Below, in pieces: positions 42,212 to 55,894 of a stretch of 64,000 nt of DNA; position 1 is the first letter of the stretch, and every line of letters starts with the position of its first letter. The position numbers were made by a program, and so were the translations under genes. Location of the stretch: contig OZ024744.1 of the NCBI GenBank assembly GCA_964016885.1, forward strand, positions 62,496,001 through 62,560,000. Direction: 5' to 3'. Source of the stretch: Eledone cirrhosa. Taxonomy: Eukaryota. The notes beneath the pieces are model-generated. The model did no database searches. It saw only the letters and a list, made by a program, of their open reading frames with translations, and was not told the DNA's origin.

Positions 42212-44767
42212 CATCATCATCATCATCATCATCAGGTTTAGCGTCCGTGTTCCACGCTTGCATGGGTTTGGACGGGGGTTTTCCCACTTGAGGCAAGAGT
42301 GGTTGTCTTGCTCGCATAGGACTGTCTGGCGGGTTTTCTACAGTTGGATGCCCTTCCTAACACCAACCACATTTACAGTGTGGGGCTGGGAGGTTTTTAC
42401 CGTGTTGCCTACACGGCCACATTACAGCGTGGACTGTCTGGCTGGTTTTCTACAGCTGGATGCCCTTCCTAACACCAACCACATTTACAGTGTGGGGCTG
42501 GGAGGTTTTTACCGTGTTGCCTACACGGCCACATTTACAGCGTGGACTGTGTGTTTTTTGTCGTGACACCTACACGATCTCATTTGTTTCGGCCTGGATG
42601 TTGTGGGACCAACATAACTTTACATTGAAAGGGGCGGTGTGGGTGGGGTGGAGGTGGTGGGACGGGGGTGTGTTTTGATAGAGGTGCCTACTGACTGTAG
42701 TAGGTTTTTACTTTGTATTTAGGTAAGGCGGGTCTTCTCTATTACTGAGTACCGCCAAAGGTCTCGGTCCAGTGACATTGTCTTGGAGAGGTGTAAGCGT
42801 GTGAGGTCGGAATTTATCAGCTCGTCCCATGTTTTTCTGGGTCTGCCTACTCCGTGGCTACCGTCTATCTTTATTGCCCTGCACTTTGTTATACAGCTGT
42901 CGTCTTTCATGCGCATCACGTGACCGTACCAACGTAGCCTTCTCTCGAGTAAACAACATCTGATCCCTCTTATTTCTAATTTTTTCCTTAGTTCGTTTAT
43001 GCTTTGCCGTTCACGTATATTACTATTGCACATCCAGCGGAGCATGCAAGCTTCGTTCCTCTCTAGTCTGCGTATATCCTCTGCACACAATGCCCAGGTC
43101 TCACTGCCATGCAGCATTGCTGTTCGTATGCAGGCATTGTATAACCTGCCTTTCATTTTTAGGGAGAACCCTCTAGCGGCTAATAGTGGTATAAGCTCTC
43201 TGAACTTTTTCCATCCAGTTCTGACTCTAGCTACTGTACTTTCAGAGCACCCTCCCCCACTGCTGATTTTGTCACCCAGATAACGGAAGCTGTCCACTAT
43301 TTCTATAGAACCCTCTGCGCAGTTGAAGGAGCTAGTATTTGTGGGCACTTGCTGCTACTTATTGCACCAGAGCACCGGCCACATGTAAAATCTATGTTCT
43401 TAGTTAGCTTACCTGTGATCCCACTACATCTTTTATGCACCCATACTTTGCATTTGGGACATAAAATGGAGTTTCTACCTACGCCTTTCCTACACACTGA
43501 GCATGGCCATTTCCCCGATGGGACCGCCGCCTTATTTTCTTTCCTACAAACTAGAACTTTAGTCTTAGCCAGGTTAATTTTAAGGCCTTTTGATTCTAGG
43601 CCGTGCTTCCACGTTTGGAATTTCTTCTCTAGCTCGGCCATTGATTCAGCTATGAGCGTTAGATCATCTGCGAATAGGAGTTCCCAGTTCGGAACAACCC
43701 CATTCTGTACGACTTGGTTAACTATCCGGGTGACCATGGTGTGTCCCACCGAACCAGATGCCTTCAGCATCTCAGCAACTATTTCCGAAGGCCCAGCCGC
43801 CTTACCCGTCTTCATATCTTTGATTGCCTTACTTATTATACTACCTTCAACTAACACTGCTGGTCCCTCTATTGGATCGATCTGGGGGAGACTGTCTTTC
43901 TCCCATTTGTTCTCCTCATTTAGAAGCCTTTCGTAGTGACACTTCCAAGCTACCTTCTTATCAGCGTCGGTGATGGCAAGTATGCCATCATCGTTAAGTA
44001 CACACTTCTCCCCGACAATATCACGGTTTTCCTTGACACATTGCCTGGCAATCCTGAACACCTCACGTTTTTGGTCCTCACGTTGTAGAACATGCTTGAA
44101 CTTTCTTTCCTCTGCTTCCCTTCTTGCGAAGTACACTTGTCTCCTAACTTCCCTCCTGGCCACTTGATAGTCTTCTCTACTTCCCCCATCCCGCCATACT
44201 TTCCAAGCCTGCTTTTTGGCCTTAATTGACTCCTCCACCTTACTGTTCCACCACCATGTTACTCTCCTCCTACCTACAGGCCTGCTCCAGCCACAGACTT
44301 CGTCTGCCGCCGTCGGCAGGTTTGCTCTCAGGAATTCCCACTGTTCCTCTATATTATACGACTCTAATTGCTCTTCCTTACTGTCGAAAGCGTCAAGTAA
44401 TCTGCTTTGAAATTTATTTCTGGCTATGGGGTCCTTTAGCTTCCATATTTTTCTCCTGAGGATAGTCCTCTTTCGCTGTCTAGTACGTCTCGTCCTGACT
44501 ATGAGGTCGCTAATTATCAGTCTATGTTGGAAGGTGAATTCTTCATGGGGGTGGGATTTAGTGTTAACAACAGACACTCTGTCACGTCTTCTGGTAAGGA
44601 TATAATCTACCTGGCTTGTGTGTTCCCCCGATCTATAGGTGATCAAGTGATTGTCTCGTTTTTTGAAGTTAGTGTTACAGATAGTTAAGTTATTTGCGTC
44701 GCAGAATTCCAGGATTCTGGAGCCTTCCTCATTTCTAGTACCGAACCCATAGCCTCCATGGATTCCG

Positions 44768-44768
<1 letters not shown>
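42210..44768 (-). mobile_element. 5'-truncated RTE LINE (family C) with RT core deleted at ~43687
   Basis: APE end (SQVDYIL), linker, then GVVPN joined directly to WELLFADD; PHD; RLRWYGHV; 3'UTR and tail. Confidence 0.93.
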
Positions 44769-44823
<55 letters not shown>

Positions 44824-44864
44824 CATATATATATACATATATATATATATACATATATATATAC

Positions 44865-44895
<31 letters not shown>

Positions 44896-44914
44896 CATAT
44901 ATATATACATATAC

Positions 44915-44989
<75 letters not shown>

Positions 44990-45090
44990 CATATATATAT
45001 GTATATATACATATATATATGTATATATACATATATATATGTATATATACATATATATACATATATATACATATATATACATATATATAC

Positions 45091-45189
<99 letters not shown>

Positions 45190-45210
45190 CATATATATAT
45201 GTATATATAC

Positions 45211-45274
<64 letters not shown>

Positions 45275-45291
45275 ATATACATATATATACA

Positions 45292-45331
<40 letters not shown>

Positions 45332-45350
45332 CATATATATACATATATAC

Positions 45351-45405
<55 letters not shown>

Positions 45406-45428
45406 CATATATATACATATATATATAC

Positions 45429-45515
<87 letters not shown>

Positions 45516-45522
45516 CATATAA

Positions 45523-45571
<49 letters not shown>

Positions 45572-45578
45572 CATATAA

Positions 45579-45609
<31 letters not shown>

Positions 45610-45688
45610 CATATACATACATATATATATATACATATACATATATATATATATACATACATATATATATATATATACATATATATAC

Positions 45689-45723
<35 letters not shown>

Positions 45724-45734
45724 CATATATATAC

Positions 45735-45769
<35 letters not shown>

Positions 45770-45854
45770 CATATATATACATATACATATACATATACAT
45801 ATATATATACATACATATATATATATATATACATATATATACATATACATATAC

Positions 45855-45913
<59 letters not shown>

Positions 45914-45970
45914 CATATATATATACATATATATATACATATATATATATATACATATACATATATATAT
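44769..45970. repeat. (AT)n/(ATAC)n microsatellite array
   Basis: Direct inspection. Confidence 0.97.
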
Positions 45971-46314
45971 CATCATCAATTCATCAATTCATTTTACGTC
46001 CTCTTTTCCCTGCTTGCAAGGGTGGGACGGGAACTGATTCTGGCTTGATTTCTACAGCTGGATGCCCTTCCTAACACCAACCTCATTTACAGTGAGTGCT
46101 GGGTGCTTTTTTGCCGTGGCACCTCCACGACCACTTTGCAGTGGAATGATAGGGACCCCAGTCCCTATCATCTCATTTCTAAAGCTGAGTAAACTGGAGC
46201 AATGTGAAATTAAGTCTCTTTCTCAAGGAAACAACACATCACCCGGTCTGAGAATTGAACTCACAACCTTTCGATTGCAAGGCCAATGCTCTAACCACTA
46301 AGCCATGTGCCTCC
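45971..46314 (-). mobile_element. Full-length tRNA-CORE SINE copy
   Basis: Same family; starts GGAGGCACATGG and has a (GAT)n-like tail. Confidence 0.92.
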
Positions 46315-46347
<33 letters not shown>

Positions 46348-46354
46348 CATATAC

Positions 46355-46405
<51 letters not shown>

Positions 46406-46424
46406 CATATACATATATATATAC

Positions 46425-46477
<53 letters not shown>

Positions 46478-46707
46478 CATATATATACATATATATACAT
46501 ATATACATATACATATATATACATATATATATATATATACATATACATACATATATATATAAACATATACATACATATATATATATATATACATATACAT
46601 ACATATATATATATATATACATATACATACATATATATATATATATACATATACATACATATATATATATATATACATATACATACATATATATACATAT
46701 ATATATA

Positions 46708-46763
46708 TGTTAATTCACTGGGGAACTGGAGTCATATGACTCCAGTTCCCCAGTGAATTAACA
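46708..46763. repeat. Perfect 56-bp palindrome at the 5' edge of a Penelope-type remnant (46708-46955)
   Basis: tgttaattcactggggaactggagtcat|atgactccagttccccagtgaattaaca. Confidence 0.95.
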
Positions 46764-46850
46764 ACCCAACAAGGAACTGGGCATATCAGAGTATTGACAA
46801 TATCATACACCTAAACAACATATGTACTTGTCTATACCATACTAATTCAA

Positions 46851-46905
46851 ACTGCCTGAAGAGGTCACAGCCAAAGATGGCTGTCACTGAAATATATATA
46901 GCAGT
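46851..46905 (+). ncRNA. Minimal type I hammerhead ribozyme (Penelope-type)
   Basis: Stem I ACTGC/GCAGT; core CTGAAGA (46856-62); stem II GGT(C)ACAGCCA/TGGCTGT(C)ACT; GAAA (46889-92); self-complementary TATATA stem III; AUA triplet ending at 46900; AATAAA at 46906-11. Confidence 0.82.
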
Positions 46906-46987
46906 AATAAACGAAGCTAAATTTTAATCATTTGACTTTTATTTAACTTTATTTTATATATACACATATATATATATATATATATAC

Positions 46988-47074
<87 letters not shown>

Positions 47075-47145
47075 CATACGTTATTCCGGGTTGAATCGGA
47101 GGTAACCACAGTAAGTAAGGTACTCAATACATTGCAGAGTATAAA

Positions 47146-47265
47146 AGTTTTAATAAAGATGAGATTCTACAGGACTAGAACTGTTTCATTCTTTAGAAAT
47201 CATCATGATGATTTCTAAAGAATGAAACAGTTCTAGTCCTGTAGAATCTCATCTATATTAAAACT
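47146..47265. repeat. 120-bp near-perfect palindrome containing a 5'-truncated hammerhead core in each arm
   Basis: Centre catca|tgatg (47205/6) with one mismatch; arm reads TGATGA-TTTCTAAAGAAT-GAAA-CAGTTCTA-GTC. Confidence 0.9.
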
Positions 47266-47310
47266 ATATATATACATATATATATAAATATACATCCATA
47301 TATATATATA

Positions 47311-48608
47311 CATCATCACCATCATCATCGTTTAACGTCCGTGTTCCACGCTTGCATGGGTTTGGACGGGAGTTTTCCCACTTGAGGCAAGAGTGATTGT
47401 CTTGCTCACATAGGACTGTATAGCTCTCACAAGCCATTCATCAACCCTTTGTTTTCTAAGGGCCCACCAGATAATGGCGCAGGAGACTTTGTCAAATACT
47501 TTCTCCAAGTCAACAAAAGCTAAGTATAGGGGTTTACTTTTAGCTAGGTACGCCTTTCCTACACACTAAGCATGGCCATTTCCCGGAAGGGACCGGCACC
47601 TTATTTTCTTTCCTACAAACTAGAACTTTAGTCTTAGCCAGGTTAATTTTAAGGCCTTTTGATTCTCGGCCGTGCTTCCATGTTTGGAATTTCTTCTCTA
47701 GCTCGGCCATTGATTCAGCTATGAGCGTTAGATCATCTGCGAATAGGAGTTCCCATGGGCAGTCGGTCTTGAACTCCACTGTTATGGCCTGAAGGGCAAT
47801 ATTAAATAGTAGGGGGCTAAGAACAGAGCCCTGATGAACACCAACTTTTACACTAAACTCTTCACAATATTCGTTGTTAATTCTAACCTTGCTGACTGTT
47901 TCTTTATACATGGCTTGTATAGCTCTCACAAGCCATTCGTCAACACCTAGTTTTCTAAGAGCCCACCAAATAATGGAACGGGGGACTCTGTCGAAGGCTT
48001 TCTCCAAGTCGACAAAAGCTAAGTATAGGGGTTTACTTTTAGCTAGGTACTTCTCCTGTAGTTGTCGTACAATGAAAAGAGCGTCTGTGGTACTTTTGCC
48101 TGATACAAAACCGAACTGCATTTCATCTAGATCAATTCTCTCTCTGATTAGTTGCGCTATTACTTTTTCCGTGACCTTCATGACCTGGTCGATTAATTTA
48201 ATGCCTCTATAGTTACTCCTATCTAGGGCATCTCCTTTACCCTTGTAACAGTTAATGATGATGCTGCTGCTACGCCAGTCCTTCGGAACAACCCCATTCT
48301 GTATGACTTGGTTTACTATCCGGGTGACCATGGTGTGTCCCACCATTCCAGAGGTTTTCAGCATCTCAGCAACTATTTCCGAAGGTCCAGCCGCCTTACC
48401 CATCTTCATATCTTTGATTGCCTTACTTATTATACTACCTTCGACTAACACTGCCGGTCCCTCTATTGGGTCGATGTGGGGGAGACTGTCTTTCTCCCAT
48501 TTATTCTCCTCATTTAGTAGCCTTTCGTAATGACACTTCCAAGCTACCTTCTTATCAGCGTCAGTGATGGCAAGTACGCCATCATCATTAAGTACACACT
48601 TCTCCCTG

Positions 48609-48611
<3 letters not shown>
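47311..48611 (-). mobile_element. Composite RTE family C piece: RT (47540-48611), a diverged duplicate RT segment (~47418-47545) and a 3' end (47311-47418)
   Basis: ORF with [27 protein letters not shown], ending in the first half of the PHD. Confidence 0.9.
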
Positions 48612-48664
<53 letters not shown>

Positions 48665-49133
48665 CATACATATATATATATATACATACATATATATATA
48701 AATATACATACATATATATATAAATATACATACATATATATATATAAATATACATACATATATATAAATATACATACATATATATATATAAATATACATA
48801 CATATATATATATAAATATACATACATATATATAAATATACATACATATATATATAAATATACATACATATATATAAATATACATACATATATATATAAA
48901 TATACATACATATATATATAAATATACATACATATATAAATATACATACATATATATATAAATATACATACATATATATATAAATATACATACATATATA
49001 AATATACATACATATATACATACATACATATATATATATATAAATATACATACATATATACATACATAAATATACATACATATATACATACATAAATATA
49101 CATACATATATACATACATATATATATATATAT

Positions 49134-49164
<31 letters not shown>

Positions 49165-49848
49165 AATACATACATATATATATATACATACATACATACA
49201 TATAAATATACATACATATATATAAATATACATACATATATATAAATATACATACATATATATAAATATACATACATATATACATACATATATATATATA
49301 TACATACATATATACATACATATATATATATATACATACATATATATATATATATATATACATATAAATACATATATACATATAAATATACATACATATA
49401 TATATATATAAATATACATACATATATATATATAAAAATATACATACATATATATATATAAATATACATACATATATATATATAAATATACATACATATA
49501 TATATATAAATATACATACATATATATATATAAATATACATACATATATATATATAAATATACATACATATATATATATAAATATACATACATATATATA
49601 TATATATAAATATACATACATATATATATATATACACACATATATATATACATACATATATACATACATATATATACATACATACATATATACATACATA
49701 TATATATACACACACATATATATATATACATATATACATATATATACATACATATATATACACACACATACACATATATATACACACATACACATATATA
49801 TACACACATACACATATATATATATACACACACACACATATATATATA
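48612..49848. repeat. AT-rich microsatellite with a higher-order AAATATACATACAT(AT)n unit
   Basis: Direct inspection. Confidence 0.95.
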
Positions 49849-50237
49849 TCATCATCATCGTTTAACGTCCATGTTCCACGCTTGCATGGGTTTGGACGGG
49901 GGTTTTCCCACTTGAGGCAAGAGTGGTTGTCTTGCTCGCATAGGACTGTCTGTCAGGTTTTCTACAGCTGGATGCCCTTCCTAACACCAACCACATTTAC
50001 AGTGTGGGGCTGGGAGGTTTTTACCGTGTTGCTTACACGGCCACATTACAGCGTGGACTGTCTGGCGTGTTTTCTACAGATGGATGCCCTTCCTAACACC
50101 AACCACATTTACAGTGTGGGGCTGGGAGATTTTTACCGTGTTGCCTACACGGCCACATTACAGCGTGGACTGTGTGCTTTTTGTCGTGACACCTACACGA
50201 TCTCATTTGTTTCGGCCTGGATGTTGTGGCACCAACA
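49849..50237 (-). mobile_element. RTE family C 3'UTR fragment
   Basis: Matches 42211-42615. Confidence 0.9.
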
Positions 50238-50418
50238 TATATATAATATATATATATAATATATATATATATATAATATATATATATAATATATATATAT
50301 AATATATATATATATAATATATATATATAATATATATATATATATATTATATTATATATATATATTATATATATGTTGGTGCCACAACATCCAGGCCGAA
50401 ACAAATGAGATCGTGTAG

Positions 50419-50672
50419 GGAGGCACATGGCTTAGTGGTTAGAGCATTCTACAGCTGTAGAAATGAGATGATAGGGACTGGGGTCCCTGTAATTCCACTG
50501 CAAAGTGGTCGTGGAGGTGCCACGGCAAAAAAGCACCCAGCACTCACTGTAAATGAGGTTGGTGTAAGGAAGGGCATCCAGCTGTAGAAATCAAGCCAGA
50601 ATCAGTTCCCGTCCCACCCTTGCAAGCAGGGAAAAAGTGGACGTAAAATGAAATGATGATGATGATGATGAT
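50419..50672 (+). mobile_element. tRNA-CORE SINE with internal deletion (B box and most of CORE lost)
   Basis: GGAGGCACATGGCTTAGTGGTTAGAGCATT joined to CTACAGCTGTAGAAATGAG; normal tail. Confidence 0.88.
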
Positions 50673-50983
50673 ATATACACACACACATGGTGGTATGGTC
50701 CTGTAACTCCTGATAGAGTTGTAGGGTCACTGTATTGACATACAGTATTTCTAGGACATTTTAAGCCTGGCGGAACTCATCCCTCTCCAGGCCTGAGTAG
50801 AGCAGATCTCTTCCAGAGAAAGATAGAAAGTGAGAGAGAGGAAATGGGGAATAGATATAGAGGAAGAATCCACCCCAGTAGTAGACTGGTACTTAAGCAT
50901 ATAAATACATATATAAGTTCATATACATATATATATTTATACGTTCATATATATATATATACACACACAATGAAATCACTAAC

Positions 50984-51073
50984 CTGATAACAAAATCTAC
51001 GTCATTATTAGAAATGGTGACGACAATATCAGGGAGGTGGTTCAAATTATCCAAGTGACTTTCTACAGTTGCT
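50984..51073 (-). CDS. BCKDK: BCKDK coding exon ((R)ATVESHLDNLNHLPDIVVTISNNDVDFVI(R))
   Basis: 90 nt; ctttacAG acceptor and GTTAGT donor; phase 2/2; resembles BCKDK RATMESH...PDVVITIANNDVDLIIR. Confidence 0.94.
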
Positions 51074-51337
51074 CTGTAAAGACAAACAAGAAGTTTAGAC
51101 AGCAACAATGATAATACTTTTTTAAATTTAAATTGGCACAAGTCTGGTAAAAGAAGAAATGGGTATCTTATGCTTAATGAAGAAGGTCAGATATTTTCTC
51201 AGGTGTTTTAATAATAGGGGACTTGGTTCTATTATAAAGACCAGTACAAATAATTTCAGCCAACATATGTATATAAAACTAGAAACTGAATTTAGTTTTT
51301 TAGATCCTCTCAATCCTAATGACTATATATATATACA

Positions 51338-51418
51338 CAGGGTGTCCCCAAAAATGTATACACACTTTGATTACCTGTACAAAAAAAAAATGTGTATATA
51401 TTTTGGGGGGACACCCTG
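51338..51418. mobile_element. Tc1/mariner-type MITE
   Basis: TIR CAGGGTGTCCCC..AAAAT.TATACACA / TGTGTATA.ATTTT..GGGGACACCCTG followed by TA. Confidence 0.8.
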
Positions 51419-51554
51419 TACACGCACATATGAAATTTGCATGTCATAATGCAAAAATGTAAAACAGTAAAAAAAAAAAAAAAAAAAATTTATAAAATGG
51501 ATAAATAATTTTATTAGATAAAAATAAACAAAACAAAACCAAAAATATCCATAC

Positions 51555-51683
51555 CTCATGGAGTTCTTCAGGATTTCTCCTAAAATATAATCCAGTGGAG
51601 GTGCTATGTATGGAAACGTCACATTCAAATGGCCATTCAAACGGACATTGGGGGCTGCTCCATATTTAGCTTCACAAACACTC
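51555..51683 (-). CDS. BCKDK: BCKDK coding exon ([42 protein letters not shown](R))
   Basis: 129 nt; attttAG acceptor and GTATGG donor; contains the N-box ExLKNxxR; resembles BCKDK LCEHKYGNAPRVRINGH...PLDYILPELLKNAMR. Confidence 0.94.
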
Positions 51684-52329
51684 CTAAAATGTACAAAAAT
51701 ATAAAACTATTTTTTAAAGAAACTGAAAAAGAAATTACCTGCACAAAACAACAACAATAATATTAGAAACAATGATAATGATAATAATTAAAAGTAAAAA
51801 AAAAAAAATACTGACAGAAATCTATTAAAAAAAAACACCAAAAACTATGAAATAACAGAATACTTTCAAGGAAATAGATAAATATAAGCAAAACATTTGT
51901 TAGTAAACTAATAATTAATTGATTAATATAAAAACCAAGAAAACAAAAAATATGCAGAGAGGGAATTTATCCACACAACCCACAAGAGAGAAGAAATATT
52001 TTAAAAATATATAGAGAGAGAAGTAACAATATGACAAGACAGATGCAGAAAAGTAAAATCAGTTTTTCAATATAAGGGTTTAAAAAAAAAAAAAGATTTA
52101 AAAAAATGAGAGAAATGTCAAAGGTAAAACAAGAATCTACAGGAAATAACATACAATTAGGATTCTAGTAATAGATAAAGTTTGATAAGAGATATTAATA
52201 GATGAGGTTGATAAGAGATATAAGTCACAAGTATTGTAATAATACATGGGATTGACAAAAAATATAAGGGGTGAATATCACTTATGTTACAATAATAGAT
52301 GAGGTTGACAAAAGATATAGTTAAAGGCA

Positions 52330-52800
52330 GATGTTGTTAGGGTCTTTTAGGCCATGAATGACGATGGCTTTGTACCTAGAAAGTTCCTCTACAAGACACA
52401 AGCTGGAGCTCGATGTTTTTGTGGAAGACCAGCACTTGCTATGCACTATCAAACATTACTCGATAGTCTGCGTAGCTCAGAGATCAGAGAGTCACTCCAG
52501 GTAGAGCTGCTACTTCTCCAAATTGAGAGATCACAGCTCCGATACTTTGGGCATGTGGATTAGAATGTCTCAGGATAGAATTGCTGGACAGATTTTACAG
52601 GCAACACCAACTGGCAGGAGACCCAAGGGTAAACCCGAAGCAAGATGGTTAGATAACATCTATGAGCTTGGCTGGTCTCATTTGGGGATCCAGCTAGATC
52701 AGCTGGAGACAGTTGTTTCTGACAGTACCCACTGGAAGGAGTGTTTGAGGACTCTGCCCCCATGATCCTCTCAGGAATAAGTGGGCAAAGAAGAAGACCA
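52330..52800 (+). mobile_element. Old Expander/Rex3-like RTE 3' fragment
   Basis: LRSSEIRESLQVELLLLQIERSQLRYFGHV..., PTGRRPKGKP..RWLD. Confidence 0.8.
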
Positions 52801-54380
52801 GCAGTTGCCTGTGTATACCAGTCTCCCCTCTCCACGCCACAGATTTTGTCCAAGGGAAAGGTAATGATTAATACAGCTTGGCACCAGTGTCATTGCAATT
52901 AATATGTTCAGTATATATATACATATAACATATATAAACTATATGATGTTGTCCAAGGGAAAGACAAAAACTAATACAGCTTGGCACCTGCGTCGTTGCA
53001 ATTAACATTACACTATATATACACACACACATACACACTATATATATATGATGATGTCCAAGAGAAAGGCAAAATACAATACAGTTTGGCACCGTTGCCA
53101 TCACAACTAATTTTTTGCCAGCTGAGTAATCTGGAGCTATCTGGAATAAAGTATCTTGCTCAAAGACAACGTACTAGCCAAGTCAGGAATTGAATTCATG
53201 ACCATACAATTTGACTGGGGCAGGTGTAGGATTATAGTAATAGATGAGGTTGATAAGAGGAATAAGGGTAGATTTTTTACTAATGTTACAATTCACACCT
53301 ATGCTAATTTAGCTGACCTCTCAGGTGTTTTAAGGTGTTTTAATGATAGGAGCACTAATCTTATCTTGAAAAGCAATATGAAATAAAGCGTGCTGCTCAA
53401 GAACACATGTGGTCCAGTCCAAGAATTGAACACACAATATTACAATCATGAATTCAATATCCTAACCACTAAGCCATGCAACTCTACTATTGTTATAGTC
53501 ATTTAGCAAGGGATTTCATTAGAAATTTTGTGTTTATAACTGGAGCAATTTTAAATCATGGTGAGTAGAGTAATTTATGATTGAAAGTGTCTCAGTGATG
53601 TATATCTACAACCAGGTCTGGTCATTTATACTGAGGAAGGGGGTGGTAATAAACTATAGAAAACAGCAACCAGCATTCTAAGATTTACTACACTTGTATG
53701 AGTATATGTGAAGTGAATTGGTTACACATATTAACTATCATTATTGTGTGAGTATATGTGTGTTTGTGTGAATATATCTATACTTGTGTGAGTGAATGTG
53801 TGTTTATAATTATATACTCGTACGTATAAATGTATACATAAGCACACCCAGATATTATCTTGGTTATCTATGTTATTTGTAGATAGTCTTTTCACAAAAC
53901 AATTAAACTAAAACATTTGGTTTTGTACCCTTTTTATATCTAAAATACTACAATTAGCTACCATTTTTGGTGGCACGAGGCCATCTAGTAATAATAATAA
54001 ATAAATAAAACTGTTACGAAATAAAATATAAGTGTATATTATACAGTCTGTGTGTATGATGAATTTTTTTAAATGGCAGCTATCACTTTCATAATATAAT
54101 TCTTTCACTAATGTAAGCAAAAAAAAAAAAAAAAAAGTCTCAGCCAATCATATATATAATACAGTATCTAATGTGTTGGTTAGTCCAATGTCACACTTGA
54201 CAAAACAGAGAGGATTAACATATGGATTGAAGAAGGAATATATATATACTGAACAGAATGGTTGGTAAATAGTAATGGAGAGGCAGGAGCAAAGATCACT
54301 AAACTGGAGTGTGTGCATATACACACACCCGCAAGTAATTGTCGACTGCTGAGTATGAAGATATGCTTTTTTCCCCACCT

Positions 54381-54815
54381 TTAATCCTTTTGTATTTAAA
54401 CTGGCCGTCTCTGGCCAGAATTCCCTCACCTCTCTCTGTTCAAACTGGTTGTAACTGGCCACTTATACTGATGTTAAGGTATTGTTCTCAAAATCTCAGA
54501 TTTGATATTATGTAGGATAATTATGTGAGATAAAGTGTTTATCATGAAAATACAATAATAAATACAGAGTAATCATCATCATCATCCTTTAACGTCTATC
54601 TTCCACGCTAGCATGGGTTTAGATGGGAATTGTCCTACTTGAGGCAAGATTGGTCGGGTGACCATGTCTCGCTTGTATAGGACTGTCTGGCAGGTTTTCC
54701 ACGGCTGGATGTCCTTCCTAACACCAACCACGTTTACAGTATGGACTGGGAGGTTTTTACCGTGTTACCTACACGGCCACATTACAGCGTGGAAATGTAA
54801 ATGCTAAAGGGATAA
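54381..54815. mobile_element. piggyBac-type MITE (family 1) interrupted by an RTE 3' fragment (54574-54793, minus strand)
   Basis: MITE sequence ...cagagtAAT resumes as AATgtaaatgctaaaggg after the insert, which begins with a (CAT)n tail. Confidence 0.8.
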
Positions 54816-55894
54816 GTCATTTTTCCTGATGAATGGAATCTACATTTTTGAAAATATATATTCCTTTTCTTTCCCTAGTCGCTGCTTTCTTTAACCCTTT
54901 TGATACAAAGCGACTTGAAAAGAGGACTTAGTATTCACATTCAGTAGTCTATTCTATTTCTTGGTGACTGTCAAGTCCTAACTAGCACATAATTGTCTAA
55001 GTGATAGATAATCAGGTGATAGGCTTGTTTCCTGAAGTTAGTGTTACACATGGTTAAGCTATCACACAACTCCAAGAGCCAGTCCAGGAATTAAATAATG
55101 TCCGTATGATTGTGAGCCCAACCACGTTCATATAGACTTGATCCCTCTTCATTCCATGTAACATATTCATAACCTCCATGTACACAGGAATAGCTAGCAG
55201 GGTGTTATTCAACATATCTAGAAAAGATATTTACGAATTATGACTGGAAGACAATTGATTATGATCTATTGAGTATTTAATGTGAATCTGAACAAACAGG
55301 CTGATGTAATAGTTCAAGGGTGATTCAATGTTTTGATCTAAGGTTACTAAATACTTGAAACAGTATTGGGACAGTTGATAAGAAGAAAATATTCTCTAAT
55401 GAAATTCAATCCATGAAACCGAGAAAAGAAAAACAACAAAATTGCTGATAAGAGATAAAATAAATTGATGTAACATTGTAAAATGTTTTTGTCCTGGATT
55501 ACTTCATCTTGCATTTCAAAAACCTTTTTGCTACTTCTTTCAAAAACAAATCTTTAATGAAGTTAGTACAAAAAAAGATTATTTTTCATAAGTCATCATA
55601 ATTCTAGATGTTTATGTTTCCATAAATAGCAATTAGAAACTTTTCTTCTCATGTTCGGCATCAAAATGGTTTCTTTGAACCCGTTTATAGTAAATCATTT
55701 CAAAATCTTAAAGATTGCACTGTTAGAAGGCTGATATTTTATTATTAGACAAAGAATGGAATTTGAAGAAATGAAATGTGGTACTTTCTGAATTAGGTTC
55801 AAGCAACAAAAAATTAAAGAAAATTTGAAATTGATGAAGCTTAAGTTGCTATGCAGGGAGAATTAATCAGTAATTTAAAGAAATATAATTGTTT

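Noticed and set aside
51733-51760. Minus-strand ttttgtgcAG|GTAATT resembling a recursive splice site or exon end
   Set aside because: Only 55 nt from the real acceptor, and the upstream sequence does not translate as BCKDK. Probably chance in U-rich DNA.
55430-55800. Purine-skewed stretch that could be a decayed transposase
   Set aside because: No recognisable motif, and stops in the frames I checked.
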